A stretch of DNA of 32,000 bases from Prochlorococcus marinus subsp. pastoris str. CCMP1986 (GCF_000011465.1 NC_005072.1:150001-182000), one strand, 5' to 3'. Positions 9,071-19,754 are shown, counted from the stretch's first letter. Numbers and translations are program-made. The notes: a model not told the origin generated them from the letters alone.

Positions 9071-9421
9071 TTGGGAAATTATCCGAAAACTTTAAATGCT
9101 TTTGATCTTAATGAATGGTTTAATTCTGAAGATGAGAATCCAATTATAATTGATGTTAGAGAGGATTCAGAACTCGAGATTGCATGTTTTAGTAGGGAAT
9201 TTTTACATTTACCAATAAGTAAGGTTTCAGCTGAGTATGTAAAAACAAAAATCAGTGATTTAAAAGATAAAAAGTTCGTTGTTCTTTGTCATGCTGGTAT
9301 AAGAAGTTATAATTTTGGACAATGGGCATTAGAAAATAATCTTGTAAACGAGATTTGGAATCTTGAAGAAGGTATAGATGGTTGGAGTCAGTATATTGAT
9401 CAAACGATACCTAGATATTAA
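9071..9421 (+). CDS. Single-domain rhodanese-like sulfurtransferase
   Basis: Active-site loop CHAGIRS is preceded by IIIDVRE, as is typical of rhodanese domains. The frame is closed by TAA at 9065-9067 and has no in-frame ATG, so the TTG at 9071 is the forced start. Confidence 0.85.
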   Translation: MGNYPKTLNAFDLNEWFNSEDENPIIIDVREDSELEIACFSREFLHLPISKVSAEYVKTKISDLKDKKFVVLCHAGIRSYNFGQWALENNLVNEIWNLEEGIDGWSQYIDQTIPRY

Positions 9422-10666
9422 TTAATCAATATTCAAAGATGATGCGACAGTATTAACATCCTTATCTCCTCTACCAGAACAATTAATTACTATTTCAGTA
9501 TCTTTATCCAAGGTAGGACATAATTTTTCTAACCATGCAAAGGCATGAGCTGTTTCGAGTGCAGGGATAATTCCTTCTAGTTCACTGACTAGTTTCAAAG
9601 CGTCTAAAGCTTCTGCATCAGTAACAGACCCATATTCTGCTCTCCCTATATCTTTTAAATAACTATGTTCAGGACCTACCCCAGGATAATCAAGACCTGC
9701 GCTTATAGAATGCGCTTCTTGTACTTGACCATCCTTATCTTGTAAAAGAAGACTCATTGACCCATGTAAAATTCCTACGGATCCTTTAGTAATAGTCGCG
9801 GCATGTTTTTCAGTATTGACTCCACTCCCTGCCGCTTCAACTCCAATAAGTCGAACTGATTTTTCTTTTACGAAAGGATGAAAAAGACCCATTGCATTTG
9901 ATCCTCCACCTACGCAAGCAAGCAAAATATCAGGTAAAGATCCAAATGATTCTAGACATTGTTTTTTTGCTTCTTCTCCTATAACTGCATGAAAATCTCT
10001 TACGATCATTGGAAATGGGTGTGGCCCTGCAACTGACCCCAAAATATAGTGCGTTGTTTCTACATTTGATACCCAATCCCTGATTGCTTCACTAGTTGCG
10101 TCTTTGAGAGTCGCAGTACCTGAAGTAACAACTTTAACTTCTGCGCCTAAAAGTTTCATCCGAAAGACATTTAATGATTGTCTTTTTATATCTTCTGCCC
10201 CCATGTAGATAATGCATTGCAAACCAAATCTCGCGCATACAGTAGCAGTAGCAACTCCGTGTTGCCCAGCCCCTGTTTCTGCAATTATTCTTTGTTTACC
10301 CATTCTTATCGCTAATAAAGCTTGACCTAATGCATTATTGATTTTGTGAGCACCAGTATGATTTAGGTCTTCTCTTTTGAGCCATATCCTGCTGGTAGAT
10401 GTTTTTGTCTGGTAATGTTCAGTAAGTCTTTTAGCCTCATATAGTGGGGTCTCTCTTCCTACATAAGTTTTCAGCAAATGATTTAATTCATTAACAAATT
10501 GTTTATCTTTCCATGCATCAGAAGCTGCTTCTTCCAGTTCAAAAAGAGCTGGCATTAATGTTTCAGGGACATATTGACCTCCATATTTTCCAAATCTTCC
10601 TTCTTTTGAAGGTTGATTTAAATCATCATTATTATTTTGATCCTGACGAGAAATTGTACTTACCAA
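9422..10666 (-). CDS. trpB: Tryptophan synthase beta chain
   Basis: PLP-lysine motif HTGAHKINN, plus GGGSNAMG and ETGAGQHG. Length is 414 aa. Confidence 0.97.
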   Translation of the reverse strand: MVSTISRQDQNNNDDLNQPSKEGRFGKYGGQYVPETLMPALFELEEAASDAWKDKQFVNELNHLLKTYVGRETPLYEAKRLTEHYQTKTSTSRIWLKREDLNHTGAHKINNALGQALLAIRMGKQRIIAETGAGQHGVATATVCARFGLQCIIYMGAEDIKRQSLNVFRMKLLGAEVKVVTSGTATLKDATSEAIRDWVSNVETTHYILGSVAGPHPFPMIVRDFHAVIGEEAKKQCLESFGSLPDILLACVGGGSNAMGLFHPFVKEKSVRLIGVEAAGSGVNTEKHAATITKGSVGILHGSMSLLLQDKDGQVQEAHSISAGLDYPGVGPEHSYLKDIGRAEYGSVTDAEALDALKLVSELEGIIPALETAHAFAWLEKLCPTLDKDTEIVINCSGRGDKDVNTVASSLNID

Positions 10667-10713
10667 TTTTTTATAGTATAAGTATGAACTAACTATAGAT
10701 TATATAAAAAATA

Positions 10714-11025
10714 ATGGGAAAAAAAAATTGGATTGAATTTGATAATCAGGAAAATATTTATAAAGAAAAATCTAAAGAAGAGAATTTTCAAAAAATATCA
10801 AAAATAAATATCTCAAAACAAAAAAAAGGTAAAAAAGGAAAAACTATTACTTTGATAAAAGGTTTATCTATTGGAAATGAAATTGAAGTTAAGGAATTAC
10901 TAAAAAAAATGAAAGTGTTTTGTGGTACTGGAGGAACTTTAATAGGTGAAGATATTCAATTACAAGGTGATATGGTAATCAAATCAATTGAGTTTCTTCG
11001 CAAAGAAGGATTTCAAAATTTATGA
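10714..11025 (+). CDS. SUI1/eIF1-family translation initiation factor (YciH-like)
   Basis: 103 aa. The C-terminal segment KKGKKGKTITLIKGL...LKKMKVFCGTGGTL..DIQLQGD matches the SUI1 fold pattern. Confidence 0.85.
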   Translation: MGKKNWIEFDNQENIYKEKSKEENFQKISKINISKQKKGKKGKTITLIKGLSIGNEIEVKELLKKMKVFCGTGGTLIGEDIQLQGDMVIKSIEFLRKEGFQNL

Positions 11026-11068
11026 GTCAAGAGTTAAAATAGATTTCTACTTTTAGAAACATAAAAAG

Positions 11069-11695
11069 ATGACGGAACTTAATCAAAAAAATTCAGGAAA
11101 AAATATAAAATGGCACAATTTAACTATTGATAGAAATAAGTTAGAAAAAATGAGAGGACATAAAGGAATGGTAATTTGGTTTACAGGTTTATCAGGGTCT
11201 GGGAAAAGTACCTTAGCCAATGCTGTAAATGAGGTTTTACACTTGGATGGTTTTTCAACTTATGTATTAGACGGAGATAATATTAGACATGGTTTATGCA
11301 AGGATCTTGGATTTTCTGATGAAGATAGGGAAGAAAACATAAGAAGAATTGGAGAGGTAGCTAATTTATTTATGAATGCCGGAATCATAACTATTACAGC
11401 ATTTGTCTCCCCTTTTATTAGTGATAGAGATAAGGTTAGAAAAATTATTGGATCAAAGGATTTTATTGAAGTACATTGCGCTGCAGATATTGAAGTATGT
11501 GAGAGTAGAGATACTAAAGGTTTATATAAAAAGGCACGTTTAGGAGAAATTAAAGAATTTACCGGTATATCTAGTCCATATGAAGCACCTGTAAATCCAG
11601 AAATAGTTGTTGATACAGGTTCCTTAGGTTTAAATGACTCTGTTGAAAAAGTTATTAATCATCTTAGAGAACAGAATTTGCTTGAAAGATCTTAA
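11069..11695 (+). CDS. cysC: Adenylylsulfate (APS) kinase
   Basis: P-loop GLSGSGKST, then LDGDNIRHGL, FSDEDREENIRR, AFVSPF and KGLYKKAR. Confidence 0.95.
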   Translation: MTELNQKNSGKNIKWHNLTIDRNKLEKMRGHKGMVIWFTGLSGSGKSTLANAVNEVLHLDGFSTYVLDGDNIRHGLCKDLGFSDEDREENIRRIGEVANLFMNAGIITITAFVSPFISDRDKVRKIIGSKDFIEVHCAADIEVCESRDTKGLYKKARLGEIKEFTGISSPYEAPVNPEIVVDTGSLGLNDSVEKVINHLREQNLLERS

Positions 11696-11710
11696 TTTAT
11701 AAAAAACCAT

Positions 11711-12247
11711 TTAGTCAGTTTTCAGATAATTATCAGCCCCTAGAGCAGACAATTTACTATTTTTAGTTCTTACTTGTGTATGCAGATTCTCTCTAAATTT
11801 TTTCATTTTTAATCTTAATGCTTCATCAAATAAACTAAGGATTTGAATTGCTAATAAACCAGCATTTTTTGCACCGTTTATGGCTACTGTTGCTACAGGA
11901 ATACCCGCAGGCATTTGCACTATTGATAATAGGGAGTCAATTCCTTTCAGGGTTTTACTCTCCACCGGTACACCTATGACAGGTATGCATGTTAGCGAAG
12001 CTATCATGCCAGGCAGGTGAGCAGCTCCACCGGCTCCTGCGATAATAACTTTTATGTTTTCTGATTCTGCTTTTTTTGCATATTCCATCATTTCCATTGG
12101 CGTTCTATGCGCAGAAAGTATACAAACCTCAGTTTCTATTCCAAATTCGTTCAATATATCTATTGCAGGTTTCAATGTTTTTAGATCTGAATCACTTCCC
12201 ATTACTACAGCAATTTTATGAATATTGCTGGAATTAAATTCTGACAA
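11711..12247 (-). CDS. purE: N5-carboxyaminoimidazole ribonucleotide mutase
   Basis: MGSDSD, SAHRTP and [10 protein letters not shown] motifs. Length is 178 aa. Confidence 0.95.
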   Translation of the reverse strand: MSEFNSSNIHKIAVVMGSDSDLKTLKPAIDILNEFGIETEVCILSAHRTPMEMMEYAKKAESENIKVIIAGAGGAAHLPGMIASLTCIPVIGVPVESKTLKGIDSLLSIVQMPAGIPVATVAINGAKNAGLLAIQILSLFDEALRLKMKKFRENLHTQVRTKNSKLSALGADNYLKTD

Positions 12248-12269
12248 AATAACAAATCAATTCTTTTCT

Positions 12270-12275
12270 TATAAT
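12270..12275 (+). promoter_or_regulatory. Candidate -10 box (TATAAT) for chlM
   Basis: Consensus TATAAT lies 64 nt upstream of the chlM ATG in the purE/chlM divergent spacer. There is no clear -35 element. Such hexamers are common in AT-rich DNA. Confidence 0.25.
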
Positions 12276-12338
12276 GACGTGCAATTACTTGTGCGCTAGT
12301 TAGTTAGTATTAAAAAGACGAATTTTGTATGAATTGTT

Positions 12339-13040
12339 ATGACGTTTAATAAAAATCTCGAAAAAAGCGAAGTTAGGGAGTATTTCAATGGGACCGGTTT
12401 TGATCGATGGAGAAAAATTTATAGTAAATCAGAAGAAATCAATACAGTGCAGAAAAATATTAGAAAAGGTCATCAAAAGACTGTCGATGATGTCGTTTCA
12501 TACGTAAAAAATTATCCTGAATTAACAACTAAGACTTTTTGTGATGCTGGTTGTGGTGTGGGAAGTTTAGCTATTCCTTTACTAAGACTTGGTATTAAAG
12601 ATTTGCAGGTTAGTGACATATCTTCTGAAATGATTAATGAAACAAAGAAACGTATCAATGAATTAGGTTTAAGTCAAAGAAAAATTAAATTTTTAACTAG
12701 TGATCTTGAACAGTTAAAAGGGTTATTTGATGTTGTCATTTGTTTAGATGTATTTATTCATTACCCGCAACCAGTCGCTGAAGAAATGGTCAGACATTTA
12801 TGTGACTTAAGTAAAGAGAAGCTAATAGTTAGTTTTGCCCCTTATACACCAATATTGGCAGTGTTAAAGAATATTGGAAAGTTGTTTCCCGGGCCAAGTA
12901 AAACTACTAGAGCTTATACATTAAGAGAAAAAGGGATTATTAATGCTGCTAATGAAAAAGGTTTTATTGTAGTTCAAAAGAAATTAAATCAAGCTCCATT
13001 TTATTTTTCCAAATTAATTGAATTTAATAAAGTAAAATAA
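12339..13040 (+). CDS. chlM: Magnesium-protoporphyrin IX O-methyltransferase
   Basis: VREYFNGTGFDRWRKIY N-terminal signature, SAM-binding DAGCGVGSLAIPL and typical length (233 aa). Confidence 0.9.
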   Translation: MTFNKNLEKSEVREYFNGTGFDRWRKIYSKSEEINTVQKNIRKGHQKTVDDVVSYVKNYPELTTKTFCDAGCGVGSLAIPLLRLGIKDLQVSDISSEMINETKKRINELGLSQRKIKFLTSDLEQLKGLFDVVICLDVFIHYPQPVAEEMVRHLCDLSKEKLIVSFAPYTPILAVLKNIGKLFPGPSKTTRAYTLREKGIINAANEKGFIVVQKKLNQAPFYFSKLIEFNKVK

Positions 13041-13041
13041 A

Positions 13042-13770
13042 TTACTTTACTAGGTGATTCTCGAGTGCATAACGGACTAATTCGGTCCTGCTAGATGTAC
13101 TTGTTTTTATAAAAAGCCTACTTACATATTTTTCAACATTTCTAATAGAGGTTTCAAGTTGTCTGGCAATTTCTTTATTCATAAGACCTTCTGCTACGAG
13201 TTGAAGTACGCTTGCTTCTCTTGGCGTAAAACTTGGAATATCTATAGAATTTTCTTTATTGAGTGGATTCTGATCTGTAAGCATAGATTTTATTTCAGTG
13301 ATCTGTTTTGCCATTTTACTAACATCAATATCAGCAAATCGGGCTGCTTCTTTAAGTAATCGCTCTTGCCTATTAATTACATTTTTAACTCTTGCAGATA
13401 ATTCATCTGGATCAAAGGGTTTAGAAATATAATCATCAATACCTGCAAGATAACCTTGGGTTCTATCTAAAGTCATTCCCTTTGCTGTAAGAAAAATAAC
13501 TGGAGTACCTCCTAGCTTTTCATCTTCTCTTATTTTTTCTAATAAAGCATAACCATTTGATCTCGGCATCATAATATCGCTAATAATTAGATCTGGGAAA
13601 ATTGTTTGAGCTTTTTCCCATCCATCCTCTCCGTCAACAGCAATAAAAATTTCAAATCCTTCGTCTTCTAGAAATGTTTTTACAGCTGTTCTTAAACCAG
13701 GCTCATCATCTACCAATAATATTTTTGATTTTCTAATTGCTTCATTATTTATTTGATTAGTGTCATTCAT
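13042..13770 (-). CDS. Two-component response regulator, NarL/FixJ class (receiver domain plus LuxR-type HTH)
   Basis: The receiver domain has intact acidic pocket and phospho-acceptor residues (LLVDDEPG, LIISDIMMP, FLTAKG, ISKPF). The C-terminal HTH reads FTPREASVLQLVAEGLMNKEIARQLETSIRNVEKYVSRLF. Confidence 0.9.
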   Translation of the reverse strand: MNDTNQINNEAIRKSKILLVDDEPGLRTAVKTFLEDEGFEIFIAVDGEDGWEKAQTIFPDLIISDIMMPRSNGYALLEKIREDEKLGGTPVIFLTAKGMTLDRTQGYLAGIDDYISKPFDPDELSARVKNVINRQERLLKEAARFADIDVSKMAKQITEIKSMLTDQNPLNKENSIDIPSFTPREASVLQLVAEGLMNKEIARQLETSIRNVEKYVSRLFIKTSTSSRTELVRYALENHLVK

Positions 13771-13826
13771 TTTTTTAATTTTGAATTAAATTTTCTTTAG
13801 CTTAAAAATAATTTTATATACTAAAT

Positions 13827-14975
13827 ATGATGCTTTCAACTCCCATACTACTAGATTATCAATCTTCAACCCCTTGTTTAGAGGAGGTTGTAAATTCTAT
13901 GGCACCTTATTGGAGTGAAATATTTTCTAACCCCTCGAGTAAATCAAATTTAGCAGGCATTAATGCAAGTGCCGTATTAGAAGTCTCAAGAGAAAAAATA
14001 CAAGAATATTTATTTCTAAAAAAAAAGAAAGTAATTTTTACTAGTGGAGCAACAGAATCTAATAATTTAGCTTTGCTAGGTTTTGCAAGGAGACATTTTA
14101 AAGAAACAGAACATTATGGTCATATTATTACTCTTAAAACTGAGCATAAAGCTGTTTTAGAGCCCCTAAATCAATTAAGAAAAGAGGGATTTCATATTAC
14201 TGAAATTAGTCCAGAAAAAGATGGTTTAGTTTCAGAAGAAAAATTTGTTAGCTGTATAAGAGATGATACATTTTTGGTAAGCATCATGATGGCAAATAAT
14301 GAAATAGGAGTTATTCAGCCTTTGAAGGAAATTTCAGAAATATGTGGTTCAAGGGATATAGTTCTCCATTCTGATTATGCACAATGTTTAGGTTTTCTGG
14401 AGTTTGATAGCCTTGACTCAGTGGCAAATATGTTAACAATAAGCTCCCATAAAATATATGGTCCTAAAGGGGTAGGAATACTTTTGATTGATAGAGATAT
14501 TGAGCTGCAGCCTTTAGTTTTAGGAGGAGGTCAAGAATTTGGTTTAAGATCCGGGACATTGCCATTACCCTTGATAGTAGGTTTTACTAAAGCAATAGAG
14601 ATAGCAGTTTTAAATCAAAAAAAGAATATCAATAAATTTCTTTTTTATAGAGATAAACTTTTGAAGGGATTATTAGGCAATAATTCTGGAGTTGAAATAA
14701 ATGGGTCAATGAAGGAAAGATTACCTCATAATTTGAATCTGACAGTACTTGATGTAAACGGTTCAAAATTGCATAAAAGTTTGAAATCTAAAATAATCTG
14801 TTCTAGTGGGTCAGCGTGTAGTAATGGTGTGCCTTCGCATGTATTACTAGCTCTAGGAAGATCTTTTAAAGAAGCAGAGGCTTCATTAAGATTAAGTATT
14901 GGTTTGATGACTACTAAAGAAGATATAGAAAAATCAATTGAGATCATTACAGATTCTATTAAATTATTACGCTGA
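13827..14975 (+). CDS. Cysteine desulfurase (NifS/IscS-like class V aminotransferase)
   Basis: PLP-lysine context SSHKIYGPKGVG, active-site Cys loop SSGSACSNG, FTSGATESNN and RLSIG near the C-terminus. Confidence 0.85.
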   Translation: MMLSTPILLDYQSSTPCLEEVVNSMAPYWSEIFSNPSSKSNLAGINASAVLEVSREKIQEYLFLKKKKVIFTSGATESNNLALLGFARRHFKETEHYGHIITLKTEHKAVLEPLNQLRKEGFHITEISPEKDGLVSEEKFVSCIRDDTFLVSIMMANNEIGVIQPLKEISEICGSRDIVLHSDYAQCLGFLEFDSLDSVANMLTISSHKIYGPKGVGILLIDRDIELQPLVLGGGQEFGLRSGTLPLPLIVGFTKAIEIAVLNQKKNINKFLFYRDKLLKGLLGNNSGVEINGSMKERLPHNLNLTVLDVNGSKLHKSLKSKIICSSGSACSNGVPSHVLLALGRSFKEAEASLRLSIGLMTTKEDIEKSIEIITDSIKLLR

Positions 14976-14983
14976 GATTTTAA

Positions 14984-15886
14984 TCATTTTAATTGAGCAA
15001 TTCTTAATTTTGCGCTTCGCGATCTTTTATTATTTTCAATTTCTTTTTCATTTGGTGTAATTGGTTTTTTTGTAAGATTTTTTAATCTTTCATCACCCTT
15101 AAAAGAATTTTTCACCAGCCGATCTTCTATTGAATGAAAGCTAATAATTGAAATTATTCCCCCAGGTAATAGCCAGTTTGGAGCAAGCTCTAAAAATCTT
15201 TCTAGTGCTTCGATTTCTTTATTTACAGCAATTCTTAGTGCCTGGAATGTTCTAGTCGCAGGATGAATTTTTCGATATCTTTGTTTGGGTGGGAAACAAC
15301 CAGCAATAGAATAAGCTAAATCTTTTGTACCCGAATATTTGCCTTTTTCTTGTAAATCTTTTTTGATTCTCCTAGAAATCTTTCGTGATAATCTTTCATC
15401 ACCAAATTTAAAAATTAAATCAGCCAGATCTTTTTCATTTAAAGTCTCAATTAAGTCCTCAGCATTCATCTCAAGTAACGGATTCATTCGCATATCTAAA
15501 GGCCCATCTTTTTGAAAACTAAATCCTCTTTGTGGATTATCTATCTGATTACTATTGACTCCAAGATCTGCTATTACAAAAGAAACTTTTTCTTTTGGCT
15601 CAAAGTTCGCAAAATTTGAGGGACATATTTCAATCCTCGATTTAAATTCTTCAAGTTTTATAAATGCTGACTGTCTTGCGAATGGATCGTGATCTAGTCC
15701 AATTATTTTTAAATCAGGATATTTTTTTAATAATTGATATGAGTGTCCACCACCACCTAAAGTTGCATCTATCGCTGTTAGTTTATTGTCTGATATTAAC
15801 GGATATTGATCTACAGAAACTAAAATTTCATCTGTCATCACTGACTTATGATTGAATAAAGATGAATCAGAAAGGTCAGTTTGCAT
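14984..15886 (-). CDS. rsmH: 16S rRNA (cytosine1402-N4)-methyltransferase
   Basis: HKSVM, DATLGGGGHS, DLGVNSNQID, GPLDMRM, SFHSIEDR and NxRSRSAKLR motifs typical of MraW/RsmH. Confidence 0.95.
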   Translation of the reverse strand: MQTDLSDSSLFNHKSVMTDEILVSVDQYPLISDNKLTAIDATLGGGGHSYQLLKKYPDLKIIGLDHDPFARQSAFIKLEEFKSRIEICPSNFANFEPKEKVSFVIADLGVNSNQIDNPQRGFSFQKDGPLDMRMNPLLEMNAEDLIETLNEKDLADLIFKFGDERLSRKISRRIKKDLQEKGKYSGTKDLAYSIAGCFPPKQRYRKIHPATRTFQALRIAVNKEIEALERFLELAPNWLLPGGIISIISFHSIEDRLVKNSFKGDERLKNLTKKPITPNEKEIENNKRSRSAKLRIAQLK

Positions 15887-15924
15887 AACTTTCTACTAAG
15901 ATTTAAATAGAGGTTAAATTATTA

Positions 15925-17112
15925 ATGGCTCAACTAGAGACTAGAACAGAACCGATGGTGGTCAACTTTGGCCCTCATCATCCATCTATGCATGGAGTTT
16001 TAAGGTTAGTTGTAACCCTTGACGGCGAGAACGTAATAGATTGTGAGCCCGTAATAGGATATTTGCATAGAGGCATGGAAAAGATAGCTGAAAACAGGAC
16101 AAACGTTATGTATGTACCTTATGTAAGCAGAATGGATTATGCAGCCGGAATGTTTTATGAAGCTATTGTAGTAAATGCACCAGAAAGATTGGCGAATATT
16201 GTTGTACCAAAAAGGGCCAGTTATATAAGAGTTCTAATGTTGGAGCTCAATAGAATTGCAAATCATCTTTTATGGCTAGGTCCATTTCTAGCAGATGTAG
16301 GAGCTCAAACTCCATTCTTTTATATCTTTAGAGAAAGAGAAATGATTTATGACCTTTGGGAAGCTGCTACTGGACAAAGATTGATAAATAATAATTTTTT
16401 TAGAATAGGAGGTGTAGCTTGTGATTTACCTTACGGATGGTTAGAAAAATGCATTGATTTTTGTGATTGGTTTGCTCCAAAGATTGATGAATATGAAAAA
16501 CTAATAACAAATAACCCTATATTCAAAAAACGAATTGAAGGTCTTGGAACCATAGAAAGAGATCAAGCAATTAATTGGTCACTTTCTGGACCAATGCTTA
16601 GGGCTTCTGGAGTCTCTTGGGATTTGAGAAAAGTTGATAGTTATGAATGTTATGACGATTTTGAATGGGAAATTGCTTCCGAAAAAGAAGGTGATTGTTA
16701 TGCCAGATATCGAGTAAGAGTTCAAGAAATGAGACAATCATTAAAAATTATTCGTCAAGCTTGCGAAATGATTCCTGGAGGCCCAACAGAAAATTTAGAA
16801 GCTAAACGCATGGCTACAGAGGATAAAAAAAGTGAAATATTTGGCATGGATTATCAATATGTAGCTAAGAAAGTTGCGCCTACTTTTAAGATCCCTAATG
16901 GAGAATTATATACAAGATTAGAATCTGGGAAAGGTGAAATAGGAGTTTTTATTCAAGGAAATAATGAAGTTACACCATGGAGATTTAAAATTAGAGCTGC
17001 TGATTTAAATAATCTTCAAATATTGCCTCATATTCTAAAGGGAGCAAAAATAGCTGATATTATGGCAATCCTTGGCTCAATAGACGTCATTATGGGTTCT
17101 GTAGACAGGTAA
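15925..17112 (+). CDS. ndhH: NDH-1 subunit H / NuoD
   Basis: 395 aa with [25 protein letters not shown] and C-terminal [13 protein letters not shown], diagnostic of NuoD/NdhH. Confidence 0.97.
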   Translation: MAQLETRTEPMVVNFGPHHPSMHGVLRLVVTLDGENVIDCEPVIGYLHRGMEKIAENRTNVMYVPYVSRMDYAAGMFYEAIVVNAPERLANIVVPKRASYIRVLMLELNRIANHLLWLGPFLADVGAQTPFFYIFREREMIYDLWEAATGQRLINNNFFRIGGVACDLPYGWLEKCIDFCDWFAPKIDEYEKLITNNPIFKKRIEGLGTIERDQAINWSLSGPMLRASGVSWDLRKVDSYECYDDFEWEIASEKEGDCYARYRVRVQEMRQSLKIIRQACEMIPGGPTENLEAKRMATEDKKSEIFGMDYQYVAKKVAPTFKIPNGELYTRLESGKGEIGVFIQGNNEVTPWRFKIRAADLNNLQILPHILKGAKIADIMAILGSIDVIMGSVDR

Positions 17113-17120
17113 ACCTTTTA

Positions 17121-17573
17121 ATGAAACCTAAAAATTGGTTGATTTTAAAAAGGAAAGTAAGGTTTGGTGATTGTGACTCTGCAGGAGTGATACATTTTCA
17201 CAACCTTTTAAGATGGGCTCATGAAAGTTGGGAAGAAAGTATAGATATATATGGTATTCCTCATCAGGATATTTTCCCCGATTCTAATTCCCATAAAAAT
17301 CAAATTATATGTCCCATAGTTAATTGCGAAGCCAATTTTTTATCACCTATTAAGATTGGCGATTTACTTTCAATTAAGATATTCCCCAAAAAAATTAATA
17401 ATCACTTATTTCAAGTAAATACATTTTTTTTAAAGGATGAAATTAATGTCGCTGAAGGAAAAATCATCCATTGTTCTTTAGATGTTGATTCAAAATTGAA
17501 AGTTAAATTACCTGATCAACTGGAGAGGTGGATAGAGGCTTCCAATATAAATACGAATTTAAAAGAGTGTTAA
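17121..17573 (+). CDS. Hotdog-fold (4HBT-type) thioesterase, likely 1,4-dihydroxy-2-naphthoyl-CoA hydrolase of phylloquinone synthesis
   Basis: 150 aa with the N-terminal [16 protein letters not shown] catalytic-Asp motif of 4HBT thioesterases. It lies 8 nt after ndhH and abuts the men cluster. This matches the gene context reported for the Synechocystis Slr0204 DHNA-CoA thioesterase family. Confidence 0.7.
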   Translation: MKPKNWLILKRKVRFGDCDSAGVIHFHNLLRWAHESWEESIDIYGIPHQDIFPDSNSHKNQIICPIVNCEANFLSPIKIGDLLSIKIFPKKINNHLFQVNTFFLKDEINVAEGKIIHCSLDVDSKLKVKLPDQLERWIEASNINTNLKEC

Positions 17574-17586
17574 TTATCATGAGTTA

Positions 17587-18804
17587 CTATTTTTCAAATA
17601 TGAAATTAGATTTTTTAATATAATTTGATTGATTTTTACCAATAATCCAAGCTTCAGGTCTCTCATGTCTTGGCCAATTTTTAGAAAAGTTTTTTAATAT
17701 TTTTAATGAATATTCAATATCTGTTTTAGAAGTTTGTTTTTTAAAATCAATGTTGATTTCAATTTTGTTTCCCCATTCTTTATTAGGTATATTAAAAATC
17801 TTAAAATTTTCTATTGGAATTTTTTCATTTAAGATAAATTTACTTAATCGTAATTTAATTACTTCTGGAAAAACTATTTCACCTCCAGAATTAAAAGCAT
17901 TATCTATTCTTCTAATAAATTTTAAATAAGAAGAATCATTCAGTTCTTGGATTTCTCCCAAATCACTGCTTTCCCACCAACCATTTTTATCTTTGAAATT
18001 TTTAGTTTTAGAAGCTTCAAGCAATTCAATTCCTATTCTTTCTGATTTGATTTGGATTAAACCCTTTTTACTAATTCTTAAATTTATATCACATAGTATT
18101 TCTCCAACATTATCAATCCCTTCTAAAAATTCCTTAGGTTTTAGGCTCGTAACCATGGCAGCAGTTTCAGTTGATCCGTAACAAGGTGCTAAATTTATTT
18201 TTTCTAGTCTGCACTTGCGAGAAGTTTCACTAGATATAGATGCACCACCAATCCAAATTAAATCAAAAATCTTTAACCAATTAACCCCATCTTTTTCAGA
18301 TAAAAGTCTTTTTAATTGTGTTGGAACTAATGATGTTATCAGGTGTTGATTTTCTTTTTTTATCTCATTAGTAAAGACTAATAATTCCTTGGTTTTTTTA
18401 ATTAATTTAGGAGAAATATTGATATGCTCACAACTCCATATTTTGCTTCTAAATAGTGGCATTAATCCACTGATATGATTCAAAGGTAAAGTATTAAAAA
18501 TTAAACAGTTTTGTAATTTAAATCCTTGCTTTTCAAGCCAAATTCCAGATGCCTTAGCAGAAGAATTAAGATTTTCTAAACTATGTATGCATTTTCTAGG
18601 CTTTCCACTACTGCCACTACTATTTAAGATAATTGCAGGTCCAGTTATATCTATAGTCTCTAATATTTCTTCAGTTGTATAAGATTTATTTTTTATATAG
18701 GATATTTTTTTATCGTTTATATTTTCAAGAATTTTTTTTATAGATTCTTTTTCATTATTTTCAACTTCAATAATATGAATTTTATTTTTCATAATTGATC
18801 CCAT
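17587..18804 (-). CDS. menE: O-succinylbenzoate-CoA ligase
   Basis: Adenylate-forming enzyme motifs SSGSSGKPRKC and YGSTET, located within the men cluster. The start is either ATG 18804 or, perhaps more likely, ATG 18792, which forms an ATGA overlap with the menC stop. Confidence 0.85.
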   Translation of the reverse strand: MGSIMKNKIHIIEVENNEKESIKKILENINDKKISYIKNKSYTTEEILETIDITGPAIILNSSGSSGKPRKCIHSLENLNSSAKASGIWLEKQGFKLQNCLIFNTLPLNHISGLMPLFRSKIWSCEHINISPKLIKKTKELLVFTNEIKKENQHLITSLVPTQLKRLLSEKDGVNWLKIFDLIWIGGASISSETSRKCRLEKINLAPCYGSTETAAMVTSLKPKEFLEGIDNVGEILCDINLRISKKGLIQIKSERIGIELLEASKTKNFKDKNGWWESSDLGEIQELNDSSYLKFIRRIDNAFNSGGEIVFPEVIKLRLSKFILNEKIPIENFKIFNIPNKEWGNKIEINIDFKKQTSKTDIEYSLKILKNFSKNWPRHERPEAWIIGKNQSNYIKKSNFIFEK

Positions 18805-19754
18805 ATTTTTTGAGCATCATTTTGGAAAAGAAAAGAATTAGGATTTTTTTTTAAAGCCAATCCAGGAACTTTGGGAGTTAGTCCCAATAGCTGTAGAGAG
18901 GATAAATGAAAAAGCCATCTTCTGCCTATTCCTGTCTCGAAAGAAGTGCTTAAGGATCTAAAACCTTTTTTATCTTTTAACTCTTTTAAAAGTTGCATAG
19001 GATTTCTTTCTTGAGAAGGTCTGCGAATTTGCCAACCATCCCATTCATTAATCAAATATGGATATTTTAATAGTGATTCATCTAAAGCAATTGGCATCTT
19101 TTTATTAAGTTCTTTTAAACCCTCTATATCATCTTTAGAAAGAGGCTGTTCTAACCAATCTATATTTTCAATATCTTTCAAAATATCAACCCATCTATTA
19201 GCTGTTTCTCTTTCCCAAGAACCATTCGCATCTATTCTTAATTTTATATTACTTTTTAAATGATTTAGTATCTCTATTAGAGTTTTTTCTTCGGAGAAAT
19301 TATCTTGTATGCCTACTTTCCATTTAATAGTGAGTGATTTCTTGTTCAAAAGTTTATTACCTTTTAAGATTATTAATTCTTTAAGAGCGTTATGAGGATC
19401 TAAAAGTATAGCTGTTTGATCAATTTCATTAAAGTAATAATTTTCCTGAAAATTTATTTTTCTTTCAATTTCAGCTAATGCAGAGTTTATTGCTGATTGA
19501 ATGCACGGGTGAAAATTCTTTATTAACTCAGATATATTTTTTGAATTTACGTATTTGGGAATCTGATTTAATTGTATTTGACATGCATCTAAATCATGTT
19601 TTCTTAGCGGATTTACTTCTCCAAAACCAACTCCCTTTTCTATATTTTTTAATTTAATTATCCACCCTGATTTATAGTTATATGTTGTATTTGAATTATC
19701 CACTTTCGAAGATAATTTAAAGAAAAAAGATTTTTTTTTAAAAGTTAAGTTCAT
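18789..19754 (-). CDS. menC: O-succinylbenzoate synthase (enolase superfamily)
   Basis: Metal-ligand contexts KLRIDANGSW, WLEQP and ALDES, in men-cluster context. The start forms an ATGA overlap with the menA stop. Confidence 0.85.
   Translation of the reverse strand: MNLTFKKKSFFFKLSSKVDNSNTTYNYKSGWIIKLKNIEKGVGFGEVNPLRKHDLDACQIQLNQIPKYVNSKNISELIKNFHPCIQSAINSALAEIERKINFQENYYFNEIDQTAILLDPHNALKELIILKGNKLLNKKSLTIKWKVGIQDNFSEEKTLIEILNHLKSNIKLRIDANGSWERETANRWVDILKDIENIDWLEQPLSKDDIEGLKELNKKMPIALDESLLKYPYLINEWDGWQIRRPSQERNPMQLLKELKDKKGFRSLSTSFETGIGRRWLFHLSSLQLLGLTPKVPGLALKKNPNSFLFQNDAQKIWDQL

Noticed and set aside
10719-10727. An A9 homopolymer at codons 3-5 of the SUI1-family gene (and an A8 run at 10820-10827) as a possible slippage or phase-variation site.
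   Set aside because: Lys-rich A-runs are common in this AT-rich genome, and there is no alternative frame with coding potential downstream. There is no evidence of phase variation.
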